Shown: positions 1 to 9,916 of the stretch, in pieces | How the letters are laid out: each line of letters starts with the position of its first letter | Numbering within the stretch: position 1 is the stretch's first letter | Virus record (IMG/VR): IMGVR_UViG_3300034072_001079 | Source of the DNA: a virus | DNA length: 43,055 nt | Direction: 5' to 3' (one strand) | Notes under the pieces: generated by a model | Told to the model about the DNA's origin: nothing | Seen by the model: the letters and a program-made list of their open reading frames with translations, nothing else | Databases searched by the model: none | Program-made: the position numbers and the translations under genes

Positions 1-127
1 CGCTGTTAAGGGCTTTGACTGCGCCGAGTTCAGGGCGTGCTGGGCATTGGCTAACCTGCGGCCGCTATGGGCTAAAGACAATTTGAGCAAGGGCGCTACC
101 CGCGAGTTCTTGCTGTAACCGGAGGGC
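1..127. repeat. Terminal overlap identical to 42929-43055 (circular-assembly overlap or short direct terminal repeat)
   Basis: Both copies read cgctgttaagggctttgact...ttgctgtaaccggagggc. Bases 1-118 repeat the 3' end of the HNH ORF that ends at 43046. Confidence 0.95.
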
Positions 128-133
128 CTTGCC

Positions 134-2956
134 TTGGCGGAGCAAATTGGCGAAATATATTACGTCGTTCGAGCCGAAACGGAAGGGCTCGTGCGCGGCG
201 AGCAGATGGCCACGCGGAGCCTGGACCGTCTCGAATCGGAAATGCGCGAGACGGATAAAGCCGCCGAGCGCATGAATACCAGCATGACCGGCCTAGCCAA
301 GGCCATCGCCGCCGTGGTTGCCGCGTCGGCCCTGCGCGACATGGCCCGCCTGGTGCAGTCCTATCAGGAAATGGCCGAACGTGTGCAGATGGCCACGTCG
401 AGCCAAGCTGAGTATGAACTGGTGCAGCAGCGCCTGCTCGCCACGGCGAACGGGACCTACCGCAGCCTGGCAGAAGCGCAAGAGCTATTCATCCGCACAA
501 ATGCGTCGCTCCAGGCACTCGGGTACACCACGACGCAAGCGCTCGACGTGATGGACTCGCTTAGCTATAGCTTCGTGACGAACGCTACCAGTGCGGACCG
601 AGCGCAAGGGGCGATCAGCGCCGTGTCGAAGGCGTTCAACACGGGCAAAGTCGCCGCCGACCAGTGGGAAACGATCACAACGGCGATCCCGTCTGTAATC
701 GAGCAGATCGCCGCTGCCTCGGGCAAAACTAGCGCCGAGATCCGCTCGCTGGGCGCGGCCGGCAAACTGACGGCGCAGCAGCTTTCTGAGGGCCTGCGCC
801 AGTCGCTCGACGCGAACAGCGCCGCAGCCGAAAAAATGGCGGTGAACCTGACCGACGCCCAAGTGCGGATACGCACGGCGCTGCAGGTCACCCTCGTGGC
901 CGTGGAGAACCAGACCGGTGCGCTCCAGACCTTGACCGACTCGCTTGTGGCCGCCGCTGACATGATGATCGACTTTGCCGGGGACGCGGCCAATGTCGAG
1001 TCGCTGATGACGGCCTTGACGCTCGCGGTTACCAGCACCGCCGCGGTTATCGCGGGCCGTCTCGTGCAATCCCTGTCCGCCAGTGCAGCCGCGTTCTATT
1101 CGAACACCGTGGCCGCCGCCGCTAAGACCCGCGCGGCCTTGTCCGCCGCTCAAGCCTCGACCGCCGCTGCCGCGCAGGAGCTGATCCTGGCCCAAGCGGC
1201 CGAGCGGGCTGCGGTTGGCCTTTCCTCGCACGGGGCCGCGGCCCAACGGCTCGTCGCGGCCCAGGCCGCCGCCACTGCGGCAACTAACGCCCTCGCAACA
1301 GCGCAACAGCGCATGGTCGGCGTGGCCACGGTTGCAGCGTCGGCGGTCGGGGCGTTACGCACGGCGCTGGCGTTCCTGGGTGGCCCTGCCGGGGTGCTGC
1401 TGCTCGCCGCTGGCGCGGTGTTCACCTTCGCCACGCGGACTGAGCAGGCTAAGCCCCCGACGGACGCTCTGGTCGCCAGCGTGGGCGGGCTCGGCACGGC
1501 GGCGGAACGCGCGGCGAAACGCTTCGAGCGCCTGACCACGGGAATCGACAAGCTGAACCGTAAGGAGCTGACCCTGCGTCGGGGTGAGCTGGAAAGCCAG
1601 CTGGCCAGCGCCGAAAGGCAGTTGAAGGCGTTCGAGCGCCAATTCGAGCGCGGCGTGGGCTCGGTCGGCCAGGTTGAAGGCGCTCGCGCGGCGGTTGAGG
1701 AATTGCGCAAAGCACTGGAAAAACTCGGCACGGCTAAGCCGGCGGATGAAGTGAACTTGGCGCCCGTTGCGGATTCGGGGGCAGAGAAAGCCGCCAAGAA
1801 AGCGCAGACCGAGGCCGAACGCCAAGCCGAGGCTATCCGTAACCAAGTGACGGAATTGCAGTTCCAGGCCGATACGCTCGGCATGACCAACACTGAACTG
1901 GAGCTGTACAAACTGCAGCTAGCAGGCGCAACGGACGAGCAAATCCGCGCGGCCGCTACGTCGCTGCAACTGGTTGACGCGTTCGAGGCGCAAGCCAACG
2001 CGGAGAAAGCTGCCGCCGATGCTGCAGCAGAAGCCGAGCGGAAACGGCAAGCGCAGCGCCAAGCCCTCGGGCAGGCCGACCCAATTGCGGGCGAGCAAAT
2101 CCGGTTCGAGGACCAGATTGCCAGCCTTCGCGCGCTGAATGAGGCCAAGCTGCTCGAAGACCAGCGGTATCTCGACCTCAAGGCTCAAGCCGAAGCGGCG
2201 CACGACGAACAAATGCGAGTGCTGCAGGAGGAGAATTTCCGCCGGCAGTCCGCTGGCAATGCGTTGCTGCTAGACACCCTAGGCGAAGTGCAGACCGCAA
2301 CCACGAACGCCCTGGTCGGGCTCGTTACGGGCGCAGCGAATGGCGAGGAGGCGATCCGCGCCCTTGCCGGGTCGATCCTGAACAACGCAGTCGGCGCCCT
2401 CGTGGAAATGGGCGCGCAGTACGTCAAAAACTTGATCATGGGCCAAGCCGCGTCGACCGCGGCAGCAGCAACCGGCGTCGCTACGGCTACAGCACTATCC
2501 GCCGCGTACGCCACGCCTGCCGCGCTGGCGTCCCTAGCCAGCTTCGGCGCCAACGCCGCCCCGGCCGCTGCGGGGATCTCGTCCACCGTGGCCCTCGCCC
2601 AGGGCCTCTCCGCGATCCCGGGCCGGCGCTATGGCGGCCCCGTGGCAGCCGATGGCATGTACCGGGTGAATGAGAACGGGCGGCCCGAGGTTTTCCAGGG
2701 CGCCAATGGTCAGCAGTTCATGCTCCCGAACCAGCGTGGCGAGGTCGTCAGCAACGAGGACGCCACGGCGGGCGGCGGGGGCGGCGTAAACGTCGTGGTG
2801 AACATCAACCAGAGCGCCGAGAAAGCGGGTACCGTGGCCCGCACGAATGATGGCGAGACAGAAATGATCGACGTGTTCGTGGCGGATATAATGGGGGATG
2901 GCCGCACCGCGCGGGCGATCTCTACGAAATTCGGACTTAGACCGGCGGGCCGATAA
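134..2956 (+). CDS. Tail tape measure protein
   Basis: 940-aa ORF with TTG start 7 nt after GGAGGG. Long Ala/Gln/Glu coiled-coil centre, Gly/Ala hydrophobic stretches, lambda-type C-terminus (RRYGGPV..YRVNENGRPE). Lies upstream of the tail tip genes. Confidence 0.9.
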   Translation: MAEQIGEIYYVVRAETEGLVRGEQMATRSLDRLESEMRETDKAAERMNTSMTGLAKAIAAVVAASALRDMARLVQSYQEMAERVQMATSSQAEYELVQQRLLATANGTYRSLAEAQELFIRTNASLQALGYTTTQALDVMDSLSYSFVTNATSADRAQGAISAVSKAFNTGKVAADQWETITTAIPSVIEQIAAASGKTSAEIRSLGAAGKLTAQQLSEGLRQSLDANSAAAEKMAVNLTDAQVRIRTALQVTLVAVENQTGALQTLTDSLVAAADMMIDFAGDAANVESLMTALTLAVTSTAAVIAGRLVQSLSASAAAFYSNTVAAAAKTRAALSAAQASTAAAAQELILAQAAERAAVGLSSHGAAAQRLVAAQAAATAATNALATAQQRMVGVATVAASAVGALRTALAFLGGPAGVLLLAAGAVFTFATRTEQAKPPTDALVASVGGLGTAAERAAKRFERLTTGIDKLNRKELTLRRGELESQLASAERQLKAFERQFERGVGSVGQVEGARAAVEELRKALEKLGTAKPADEVNLAPVADSGAEKAAKKAQTEAERQAEAIRNQVTELQFQADTLGMTNTELELYKLQLAGATDEQIRAAATSLQLVDAFEAQANAEKAAADAAAEAERKRQAQRQALGQADPIAGEQIRFEDQIASLRALNEAKLLEDQRYLDLKAQAEAAHDEQMRVLQEENFRRQSAGNALLLDTLGEVQTATTNALVGLVTGAANGEEAIRALAGSILNNAVGALVEMGAQYVKNLIMGQAASTAAAATGVATATALSAAYATPAALASLASFGANAAPAAAGISSTVALAQGLSAIPGRRYGGPVAADGMYRVNENGRPEVFQGANGQQFMLPNQRGEVVSNEDATAGGGGGVNVVVNINQSAEKAGTVARTNDGETEMIDVFVADIMGDGRTARAISTKFGLRPAGR

Positions 2957-3441
2957 TGACGATCAACTATCCGGCCGGGCTACCGGCCCCGCTGCAGGAG
3001 ACTTCCGGCTTCGAGTCGGTCAACAACATCACGCGCACCGAGCTGCAGAGCGGCCGCGCGCGCCAACGAGTCAACTTTACCAACGTCCCGGCATACGCCA
3101 CGCTGTCCTGGCTGTTCCACAAGCCGAACCACGCCGCGTTGTTCGACTCGTGGGCGGCCCAGGTAGCGAAGGCCGGGTGGTTCCGGCTCAAGCTGTACTG
3201 TGCGACCGGCCTGGTCGAGCATGACGTGCGGTTCACCGAAGCGGTGCAAGGGCCGCAGCGTAGCGGGCCGACGATTTGGCGGTATACGGCCCGCGTGGAG
3301 TTGCGCGAGCGCCCGCTGCTGGCGCCAGGCTGGGCCGAAATTGCCCCCGACTACGTGCTGATGGCCGACATTTTCGACCGAGCAATGAATTTCGAGTGGC
3401 CCGAGTGGGGCATGTACACCAAAAGAAGCGTTTTTTTTTGA
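2956..3441 (+). CDS. Tail-associated protein, function unknown (position of a distal/minor tail protein)
   Basis: 161-aa ORF. ATG overlaps the tape measure stop (TAATG), suggesting translational coupling inside the tail module. Confidence 0.6.
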   Translation: MTINYPAGLPAPLQETSGFESVNNITRTELQSGRARQRVNFTNVPAYATLSWLFHKPNHAALFDSWAAQVAKAGWFRLKLYCATGLVEHDVRFTEAVQGPQRSGPTIWRYTARVELRERPLLAPGWAEIAPDYVLMADIFDRAMNFEWPEWGMYTKRSVFF

Positions 3442-3471
3442 CGTTGCAATCAATCAGGAGTGGCCGCAGCC

Positions 3472-5658
3472 ATGACGAACACCTACAACACGGGCAATCC
3501 GATCGGCTCGACCGACCCGCGCGATCTCTACGACAACGCGAGCAACTTTGACGAGGGCATGAACACGAATAGCCCGACGTTCACTGACCGCCTGGGCGTG
3601 CTGCGCAAATCGTGGAGCGGCATGGAGGCCGAGTTCGACGCGGCGCAGGCGGGTCGACAGACCGAGTTCGACGCCTTCCTCGCGGCGTCGGGGTACGTCT
3701 CGCTCGGTAACTACGCGGCGGGGATTAACTTCACGGCATACAACCAGTACGTGGCGTTCGGCGGTTTCTTCTACCGTCCGGCGTCGAGCACGGTGCCCTT
3801 CACCACGACGGGCACATGGGTGGGCGGTGACGAGGGGCTGTTTGTCCTCATGTCCGAGGACGCTGCGCTGCGGCAGGATTTAGCAACCTCGACCGGGGCG
3901 GAGCTTGTCGGGTTCGGGGTGGGGGCAACGGTGGCCGAAGCGCTGACGGACCTCAACGGGGCGGCGGGGCGGTGGGTTCATGTACAAAACGCGCCATTTA
4001 ACGCCGTCGGCGACGGGGTGTCGGACGATGCTGTCGCTATCCAGGCGGCAATTAATTTTGCCGCGGCCGCGGGTATTCGGGAAGTCCGCCTGGGGAAAAT
4101 CCACAAAATTGGCGCCACTTTGTTCGTCCCCGCGGGCGTCTACGTCGTAGGCCAAGGGCGCGGGGAGAACAGGGCATGTAGAGTTATCCCAGACGCGGCG
4201 GGGGTATACACGGGGGGGTTCATCTTCTCAGTAAACTCCCTAGACACGGTGAACGCCACGGAGCCATTCCCTAATTCTGACGCAGGGGGCGTGCACCATG
4301 TGCAGATATGGAATGGCGATACTGCGGCAGTTCCAATTATTTCTCCGCTACGTGGCTGTATCGGCTTCGGCTCTTGTTCTTTTAAAAGCATCCGCGGCCG
4401 TAATATGACGCAGATGGTACGCCGCCCCGGGGGCGGGGCGTACAGCGACAACTTTGAGGTGTCTGACGTTTACTGCGAGCCCGTCATTGGCGCGGAATGG
4501 CAGGTGGATATCAGGGGCTTGGGTGACGGGCTGCACATTAGCCGGCTGCATTTCCCCTACAACGCGGTAAACCCCGGAACGGGCACGCCTCTGGGGCTCT
4601 CGATTGCGGGCACCTACGGTGGAGACGTGACAAACTGTGTTGGTGGTGACGTTAAAATCGCACAATCGAAGGTTCTCGTTAAAAACTGCCACTACGAGCG
4701 CGCACGTGTTGAGGTTGATGGGGCGAATGTCGATTTTCTGAGCTGTTACCTATCGGCAAAGGACCGCGTCCCTATGGTTCTATTGAACACGACCGGGCAT
4801 GCGTGCACCGTAAGCCTACGAGATAGCGAATTCGTGCATTTGTCTGGCTTGTTAGACTGGACGGGGCGCGACGTTATCGTGGCGAGCACCGTAAATCTGG
4901 AAGTTTCGAACAGCTACCGGCGCTTTACCCGCAACGGCGCGCTAGACCGCAGCCAGCTCTCGGGGCTGCTGCTACAGAATGATCTCGGCACAGCGCTCGC
5001 CACATGGAACCGGTACAGCTTTGAACTTTCGCGCTCTGGTCGCGTATTCCGCACCAGCATTGTCCGTACGGAACTGTCCCTCGCGCCGACTTCCGCCTCG
5101 TTTGTCGGCTTATCTTCTATCGCAGCGGAGAGCAACGAAACGTGGGGGGGCGTTACCGGAACATACTATTATGTCGCGCAGTACATCATCGACACTGGGC
5201 GTCTAGTTGGGCGGAACCAGACCGCCGGGGAACAGAGCCTGGCGCTGACTAATGGGGGCAACGGTGCCCGCCTGGGCGTAGCCTTTACCGGGAAGCCTGG
5301 AAACTGTACCCTTCGCGTCTATCGGGGAACGAGTGCCGGGAGTTACGACGCGTTCGTGGATATCCCGACGTATGCCATGACCCTGCTGTATGACAATGGG
5401 GCGACCCTGAACGGGTATCCCTGGGTAGCAAGGGGCGCGGGTGCTGTTGATACGCTGAACGCGCTAGGTGAGTCCCATTACCGACTTTTGGGGAGTCGCG
5501 CCGTACTAGACGCAGCGGCCGCGCCCACCGTAGGGACGTGGGCCGTGGGTGACGAGATTTACCGGACGGCCCCCGCCGCAGCGGGTAAACGGGCATGGGT
5601 TTGCACGACAGCTGGAACTCCGGGAACATGGAAACCGTGGGGCGCGATTGACGCATGA
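3472..5658 (+). CDS. Tail fibre/tailspike with pectate-lyase-like beta-helix (putative depolymerase)
   Basis: Fibre-type N-terminus YNTGNPIGSTDPRDLYDNA and beta-helix cap motif FNAVGDGVSDDAVAIQAAINFA. C-terminal GTWAVGD..WVCTTAGTPGTWKPWG motif. ATG 3472 follows AGGAG; the track start 3460 is GTG. Confidence 0.8.
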   Translation: MTNTYNTGNPIGSTDPRDLYDNASNFDEGMNTNSPTFTDRLGVLRKSWSGMEAEFDAAQAGRQTEFDAFLAASGYVSLGNYAAGINFTAYNQYVAFGGFFYRPASSTVPFTTTGTWVGGDEGLFVLMSEDAALRQDLATSTGAELVGFGVGATVAEALTDLNGAAGRWVHVQNAPFNAVGDGVSDDAVAIQAAINFAAAAGIREVRLGKIHKIGATLFVPAGVYVVGQGRGENRACRVIPDAAGVYTGGFIFSVNSLDTVNATEPFPNSDAGGVHHVQIWNGDTAAVPIISPLRGCIGFGSCSFKSIRGRNMTQMVRRPGGGAYSDNFEVSDVYCEPVIGAEWQVDIRGLGDGLHISRLHFPYNAVNPGTGTPLGLSIAGTYGGDVTNCVGGDVKIAQSKVLVKNCHYERARVEVDGANVDFLSCYLSAKDRVPMVLLNTTGHACTVSLRDSEFVHLSGLLDWTGRDVIVASTVNLEVSNSYRRFTRNGALDRSQLSGLLLQNDLGTALATWNRYSFELSRSGRVFRTSIVRTELSLAPTSASFVGLSSIAAESNETWGGVTGTYYYVAQYIIDTGRLVGRNQTAGEQSLALTNGGNGARLGVAFTGKPGNCTLRVYRGTSAGSYDAFVDIPTYAMTLLYDNGATLNGYPWVARGAGAVDTLNALGESHYRLLGSRAVLDAAAAPTVGTWAVGDEIYRTAPAAAGKRAWVCTTAGTPGTWKPWGAIDA

Positions 5659-6137
5659 CCATCCTCGAACAGGTCTACGCCAGCGGCGGGGACGTGATAA
5701 TCCCCACGCTGGAAATCGCTTGCGACGTGTGGCCCGCGCCGATTCTGATCTGCAACGGCTTCACCGATCAGGTATGCACGACCGAGGACGCCCGCACGCT
5801 GACCTTCGTGGCGGCGGGCATCAGCGTGGCGCTGCCGAAGCGGAGCAACAATGGCGCGGAAAACCTGACGTTTGGCATCGACAACGTGACCGGCGAGGCA
5901 CAGCGGCTGATCGACCAAGCGCTCGACGCTGAGGCGCAGGTATTGATTACGTTCCGGATATTTCTAGAAAGCGACCGCAGCGGCCCGGCTGAGGCGCCCT
6001 ATCGGTTCGTCGTCAAGAGCGGACAGACCAAGGGCACCCAGGTGGAGATCACGGCCGGATTCTATGACCTGATCAATACTGCCTGGCCGCGCGACCTATA
6101 CACGCTGGAATTTGCACCGGGGCTGAAATACCTATGA
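5655..6137 (+). CDS. Minor tail protein (DUF1833-like, lambda gpL position)
   Basis: 160-aa ORF with a 4-nt overlap to the upstream gene. Ends ..LYTLEFAPGLKYL as in DUF1833-type tail proteins. Precedes the gpK-like peptidase. Confidence 0.65.
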   Translation: MTILEQVYASGGDVIIPTLEIACDVWPAPILICNGFTDQVCTTEDARTLTFVAAGISVALPKRSNNGAENLTFGIDNVTGEAQRLIDQALDAEAQVLITFRIFLESDRSGPAEAPYRFVVKSGQTKGTQVEITAGFYDLINTAWPRDLYTLEFAPGLKYL

Positions 6138-6550
6138 CTCACTGGACCGCTGAATATCTCGGCGCCGAGTATGAGGACGGGGCGCGCGGCCCTGATCGCT
6201 TCGACTGCTGGGGCCTGGTGCGGGATGCCCGCGCCCGGCACTGCGGGTGCCGCCTGCTGCCCTCCTGGGGTCACGTGCGCAACACGCAGCCGGCCGAGTT
6301 CACGCGGGCCTATGCCACCGAATCGGCCGCTATGGAGGAATGCCCGCCCGAGCATGGCGCGATTGCGGTCTGCTTCCGTGGTAGGATTGCGCATCATGTC
6401 GCCCTCGTGGTCGACGCCGACGGCCAACAATGGGCGCTTGAAATCAACCCCAAGTCATCGGCTCGGCTGCGCCCCCTGGCGGCGTTCCTGCGTGACCATA
6501 CCCGCGTGAGGTTCTACCGTGACCGTCCGAGTCTACCCGAGCAAACTTGA
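6134..6550 (+). CDS. Tail-associated NlpC/P60 cysteine peptidase (lambda gpK-like)
   Basis: Catalytic Cys context FDCWGLV and His context HHVALVV. Position between the L-like and J-like genes. Confidence 0.8.
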   Translation: MTHWTAEYLGAEYEDGARGPDRFDCWGLVRDARARHCGCRLLPSWGHVRNTQPAEFTRAYATESAAMEECPPEHGAIAVCFRGRIAHHVALVVDADGQQWALEINPKSSARLRPLAAFLRDHTRVRFYRDRPSLPEQT

Positions 6551-9215
6551 CGGCGAGCCCCTGGAGCAACACGCCACGGCGGCGCGCCAGACCGTCGACG
6601 CCTGGCTGCAGGCCAACGTCAAAGGGTACCGCCCACTCGCCGCCCCGCCTATTTCCGCCCACCTGAACGGCCGCCTACTCGACCCGAGCGAGTGGGGGCT
6701 AGCCGAGTTCGGCCCGGACGATACGCTCGACCTGTACCCGGAGCCAAAGGCCGCAGGCGCGGCGTTCATTGCCGCATACGGCGCCTATATCGCGGCAGCC
6801 ATCGCGGTAATTGCCGTTCTGCTGATGCCCAAGCCGGCCACGGGGGCGCAAAAGGGCCAGACCCGCGGTAACCCGCTCGAAGAAGCGTCCGCCAAGGGCA
6901 ACAAGGTCAAGATAAATTCGCCGATCCGAGAGGTATCTGGCGAGGTGAAAATTTATCCCGACTACCTGCTGCCGCCGCGTCGGTTCTACGAATCGCCGCG
7001 CCAGCAAGTCGTGGAAATGTTGCTTTGCCTCGGGAAAGGCGAGTTTGACCTGCCCGCCAGTCGCATTCTCGTCGGCGACACCCCGCTCGTCTCGCTCGGG
7101 GATGACGCTTCATTCGAGATTTTCCAGCCCGGCCAGGACGTTACCGGCAACAGCGCCGGCACGTGGTGGCACCCGGCGGCCGAAGTCGGCCCGACTTCTA
7201 CAGGTTCCGCCGGCCTAGAACTGCGCACCACCTCGACCGTCGATGCCGTGGCCGACGCGGCCAGCTACATTTTCGACGGTGACGAGGTAACCATTCCGGC
7301 CGGCGCGGGAGAGTTCCCGAGCGGTTGGACGCCCGGCATGCTCGTGCGCATCGAGCTGTATAAGACCTACACCGTCATCGAGGGCGGCGTCGGCCTGCGC
7401 GATATCATCCAGGGCGATCTGTCCGAGATTGCGCCCTTTGTCGGCATGCAACTGGAAATCATGGGCGTTAACGAGGGCTTCTACACCGTAGAGAGTTTCA
7501 CCCCCGGCACCCCGGATCAAATGACCCTCAACTTCCAAGCAGGCGGCGCGGCCACGGGGCTTGTTACTGGTGACCAGACTATGGCGATCGGGTACGCCGG
7601 GATGCGGTATCGCATGACCGCGACCGGAGCCGTCGTTATCGCGGTCGAGCGGTTGACCGATACCGGCGCGACCGACCTGACGTGGCCAGGCTTCGACCTA
7701 TACCAGACCGGCCTCGCGTCGTTGACCCTGGACGAGTCAAACCTAGAGGGCAATTGGCTCGGCCCGTTTGCGGCGTGCCCGGAAAACGAGACGACCGACA
7801 CAATCGAGTATGACGTGCTATTCCCCGGCGGCTTGATCAGAATCGGCAGCAAGGGGCAGAACGTACCGAGGTCGGTCCGGTTTGAGCTGCAGTGGCGCGA
7901 TATGGCAACCGCCGGGGCGTGGACTTCGGTGGCGCGGACAATCGAGGCAGCCACGCAGGACCAGATCGGCTACACCCGCCAAGTCCCGCTTGGCTCGAAA
8001 ATCCGGCCCGAGGTGCGCATGCGCCGCATCGGCGCCAAGTCCACGAGTGCCCAGATTCAGGACGCGGTGCAGTGGTACGGCCTGCGTGCCAAACTGGACG
8101 CTCCGAGCAGCTATGCGGGCGTCACGGTGATGGCCGTCCGCATCCGTGGCGGTAACAAGCTGGCCACAAAGACCGAGGCGCAGATCAGTTGTCGGGCGAC
8201 CCGCAAGCTGCCTGTGCCTGATGGCATGGGCGGCTGGACCGCGCCGCAGGTAACACGCGATATCGTGCCGTGGATTCGCCACGTGGCATTGTCGATCGGC
8301 TACACCGAGGACTCGCTCGACCTGGCCGAGCTGCTGCGCCTGCACGGTATTTGGTCCGCGCGGGGCGACTATTTCGACTTTGCTATTGACTCGCCGTCGA
8401 CGGTCAAAGCCGTGCTCAATAACGCGCTGCGGGCCGGCTTTGCCGAGCTGACCATCGACCGCGGCAAGCTGCGCCCGGCCCGAGACGAGCCGCGTACGGT
8501 GTTCGAGCACATGTACACCCCGCAGAACATGACCGAGCCGCTCGTGCGGCAGTTCCAGGCGCCAGGGCCGGACGACTTCGACGGCGTGGACGTGGAATAC
8601 CTCGACGCGGACCAGTGGGCCGTGCGGACCGTCGAGTGCCGTTTGCCGGGCGACATTGGCCGCAAAGTGGAAAAACTGTCCCTTGATGGCGTGACTGATC
8701 GCACCCGCGCCTGGCGGATCGGCATGCGCCAGCGCCGAGCGCTCCGGTACCGCCGGTGGGCCTACACCTTTGCTACGGAGCTGGACGCCCTGAACAGCCG
8801 GTACCTGGGCTATGAGGCCCTGGCCGACGACGTGCCGGGGTATGGCCAGTCTGCACTGCTGCTCGAAGCCGTAGCCATCACGGGCGGTATGCTGCTGCGC
8901 TCGTCCGAGCCGTTCATCTGGGGCGAGGGGGCGCATGTCGTCGCCATTCGGCGCCCCGACGGCACGCTGTCCGGACCGTACACCGCCACGCGGGTAGACG
9001 ACTACCGACTCACTATCCCGACGCCGGACTTCGTGCCCGACACCTCGTGGACGATCGAGCCGCCGCACCTGCTGTTCGGCCCGCTCAACCGCTGGAACTA
9101 CCCGGCGCTGATCACCGACGTGTCGCCCTCCGGGTCGAGCGGCGCGAGCGTATCGGCGATGAACTACGACGCTCGGGTCTACGCGGACGACGATGCCGCC
9201 CCTCCCGCCGAGTGA
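6519..9215 (+). CDS. Central tail fibre/host-specificity protein (gpJ-like) with an N-terminal gpI-like extension
   Basis: 898-aa ORF, GTG start, overlapping the upstream gene by 32 nt. First ~100 aa end in a hydrophobic stretch AAFIAAYGAYIAAAIAVIAVLLMP. The rest has the size and position of a J-type tail tip protein. Confidence 0.8.
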   Translation: MTVRVYPSKLDGEPLEQHATAARQTVDAWLQANVKGYRPLAAPPISAHLNGRLLDPSEWGLAEFGPDDTLDLYPEPKAAGAAFIAAYGAYIAAAIAVIAVLLMPKPATGAQKGQTRGNPLEEASAKGNKVKINSPIREVSGEVKIYPDYLLPPRRFYESPRQQVVEMLLCLGKGEFDLPASRILVGDTPLVSLGDDASFEIFQPGQDVTGNSAGTWWHPAAEVGPTSTGSAGLELRTTSTVDAVADAASYIFDGDEVTIPAGAGEFPSGWTPGMLVRIELYKTYTVIEGGVGLRDIIQGDLSEIAPFVGMQLEIMGVNEGFYTVESFTPGTPDQMTLNFQAGGAATGLVTGDQTMAIGYAGMRYRMTATGAVVIAVERLTDTGATDLTWPGFDLYQTGLASLTLDESNLEGNWLGPFAACPENETTDTIEYDVLFPGGLIRIGSKGQNVPRSVRFELQWRDMATAGAWTSVARTIEAATQDQIGYTRQVPLGSKIRPEVRMRRIGAKSTSAQIQDAVQWYGLRAKLDAPSSYAGVTVMAVRIRGGNKLATKTEAQISCRATRKLPVPDGMGGWTAPQVTRDIVPWIRHVALSIGYTEDSLDLAELLRLHGIWSARGDYFDFAIDSPSTVKAVLNNALRAGFAELTIDRGKLRPARDEPRTVFEHMYTPQNMTEPLVRQFQAPGPDDFDGVDVEYLDADQWAVRTVECRLPGDIGRKVEKLSLDGVTDRTRAWRIGMRQRRALRYRRWAYTFATELDALNSRYLGYEALADDVPGYGQSALLLEAVAITGGMLLRSSEPFIWGEGAHVVAIRRPDGTLSGPYTATRVDDYRLTIPTPDFVPDTSWTIEPPHLLFGPLNRWNYPALITDVSPSGSSGASVSAMNYDARVYADDDAAPPAE

Positions 9216-9252
9216 TGCGGTACACTGTGCCGAAACCTGGGGAGGTTAGGGC

Positions 9253-9636
9253 ATGAGCAAAGGCATGGAAACCGTCGGCGCGTCACTCGTGCTGGGTGGA
9301 GCGTTCGTAGTCAATCCGGGCGCCGCAATCGGGGCGGCCATTGGCTGCTGTTTCTTTCTGGCGGTACCGTGGGGCGCGGGCCGCCTCGCGTGGTGGCGGC
9401 GTATCCTGCTCGCCGTGTTCAGCTACGGGATCGGCTACGCCTCGGGCGCGTACCTGTTCGGCACGGCCGAGCCAGACGGCGCTATGATGGGGGCGGGCTG
9501 CGTGTCGGCCCTGGCGGCCACGGTGTTCGCCGGCCTGAATCGTGCGGCAAACAATGATGGCCCCTTGCCCTCGTGGCTTTCGCAGATCCTCGACCGCCTA
9601 CCGGTTCTGAAACGTGGGGAAAAGGACGATGGATGA
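9253..9636 (+). CDS. Holin candidate (multi-pass membrane protein)
   Basis: 127 aa, several hydrophobic helices, charged C-terminus (KRGEKDDG), RBS GGGGAGG. Lies just upstream of the endolysin. Confidence 0.55.
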   Translation: MSKGMETVGASLVLGGAFVVNPGAAIGAAIGCCFFLAVPWGAGRLAWWRRILLAVFSYGIGYASGAYLFGTAEPDGAMMGAGCVSALAATVFAGLNRAANNDGPLPSWLSQILDRLPVLKRGEKDDG

Positions 9637-9916
9637 CGTGCTGATCTGGCTGCGCATAGCGGCCCACCTGCTCACCTTCGCCGCCGTGGCGTTCTGGTAC
9701 TCCGACCCAGACGCCCGGTTCCGGCCCCTCGCGTCAGGCTTGGCCACGGTGATCGCCGGAGGCAGCCTGGCCGCCGCGATCCAGCTCCTGCTGCGCCCCG
9801 TTCCGGTCGGCGTGTTTGATACGCTTCTTTTCGTTACATTCTGCGGGCTGGTGTTACGGGCGCACGGTAACGTCGCCAAGTTCCTACCCCGCCGCGTCTG
9901 GAGCCATAGGCCGTGA
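9629..9916 (+). CDS. Second lysis-cassette membrane protein (holin/antiholin candidate)
   Basis: About 95 aa with three hydrophobic segments. ATG 9629 is internal to track ORF 9614-9916 and overlaps the upstream stop. Its own stop overlaps the endolysin start. Confidence 0.5.
   Translation: MDDVLIWLRIAAHLLTFAAVAFWYSDPDARFRPLASGLATVIAGGSLAAAIQLLLRPVPVGVFDTLLFVTFCGLVLRAHGNVAKFLPRRVWSHRP

Noticed and set aside
1-127. A genuine direct terminal repeat marking the physical genome ends
   Set aside because: The length equals a common maximum assembler k-mer, and the repeat lies inside a coding sequence rather than at a regulatory or packaging region. It cannot be settled without reads, so it is reported only as an assembly-type overlap.
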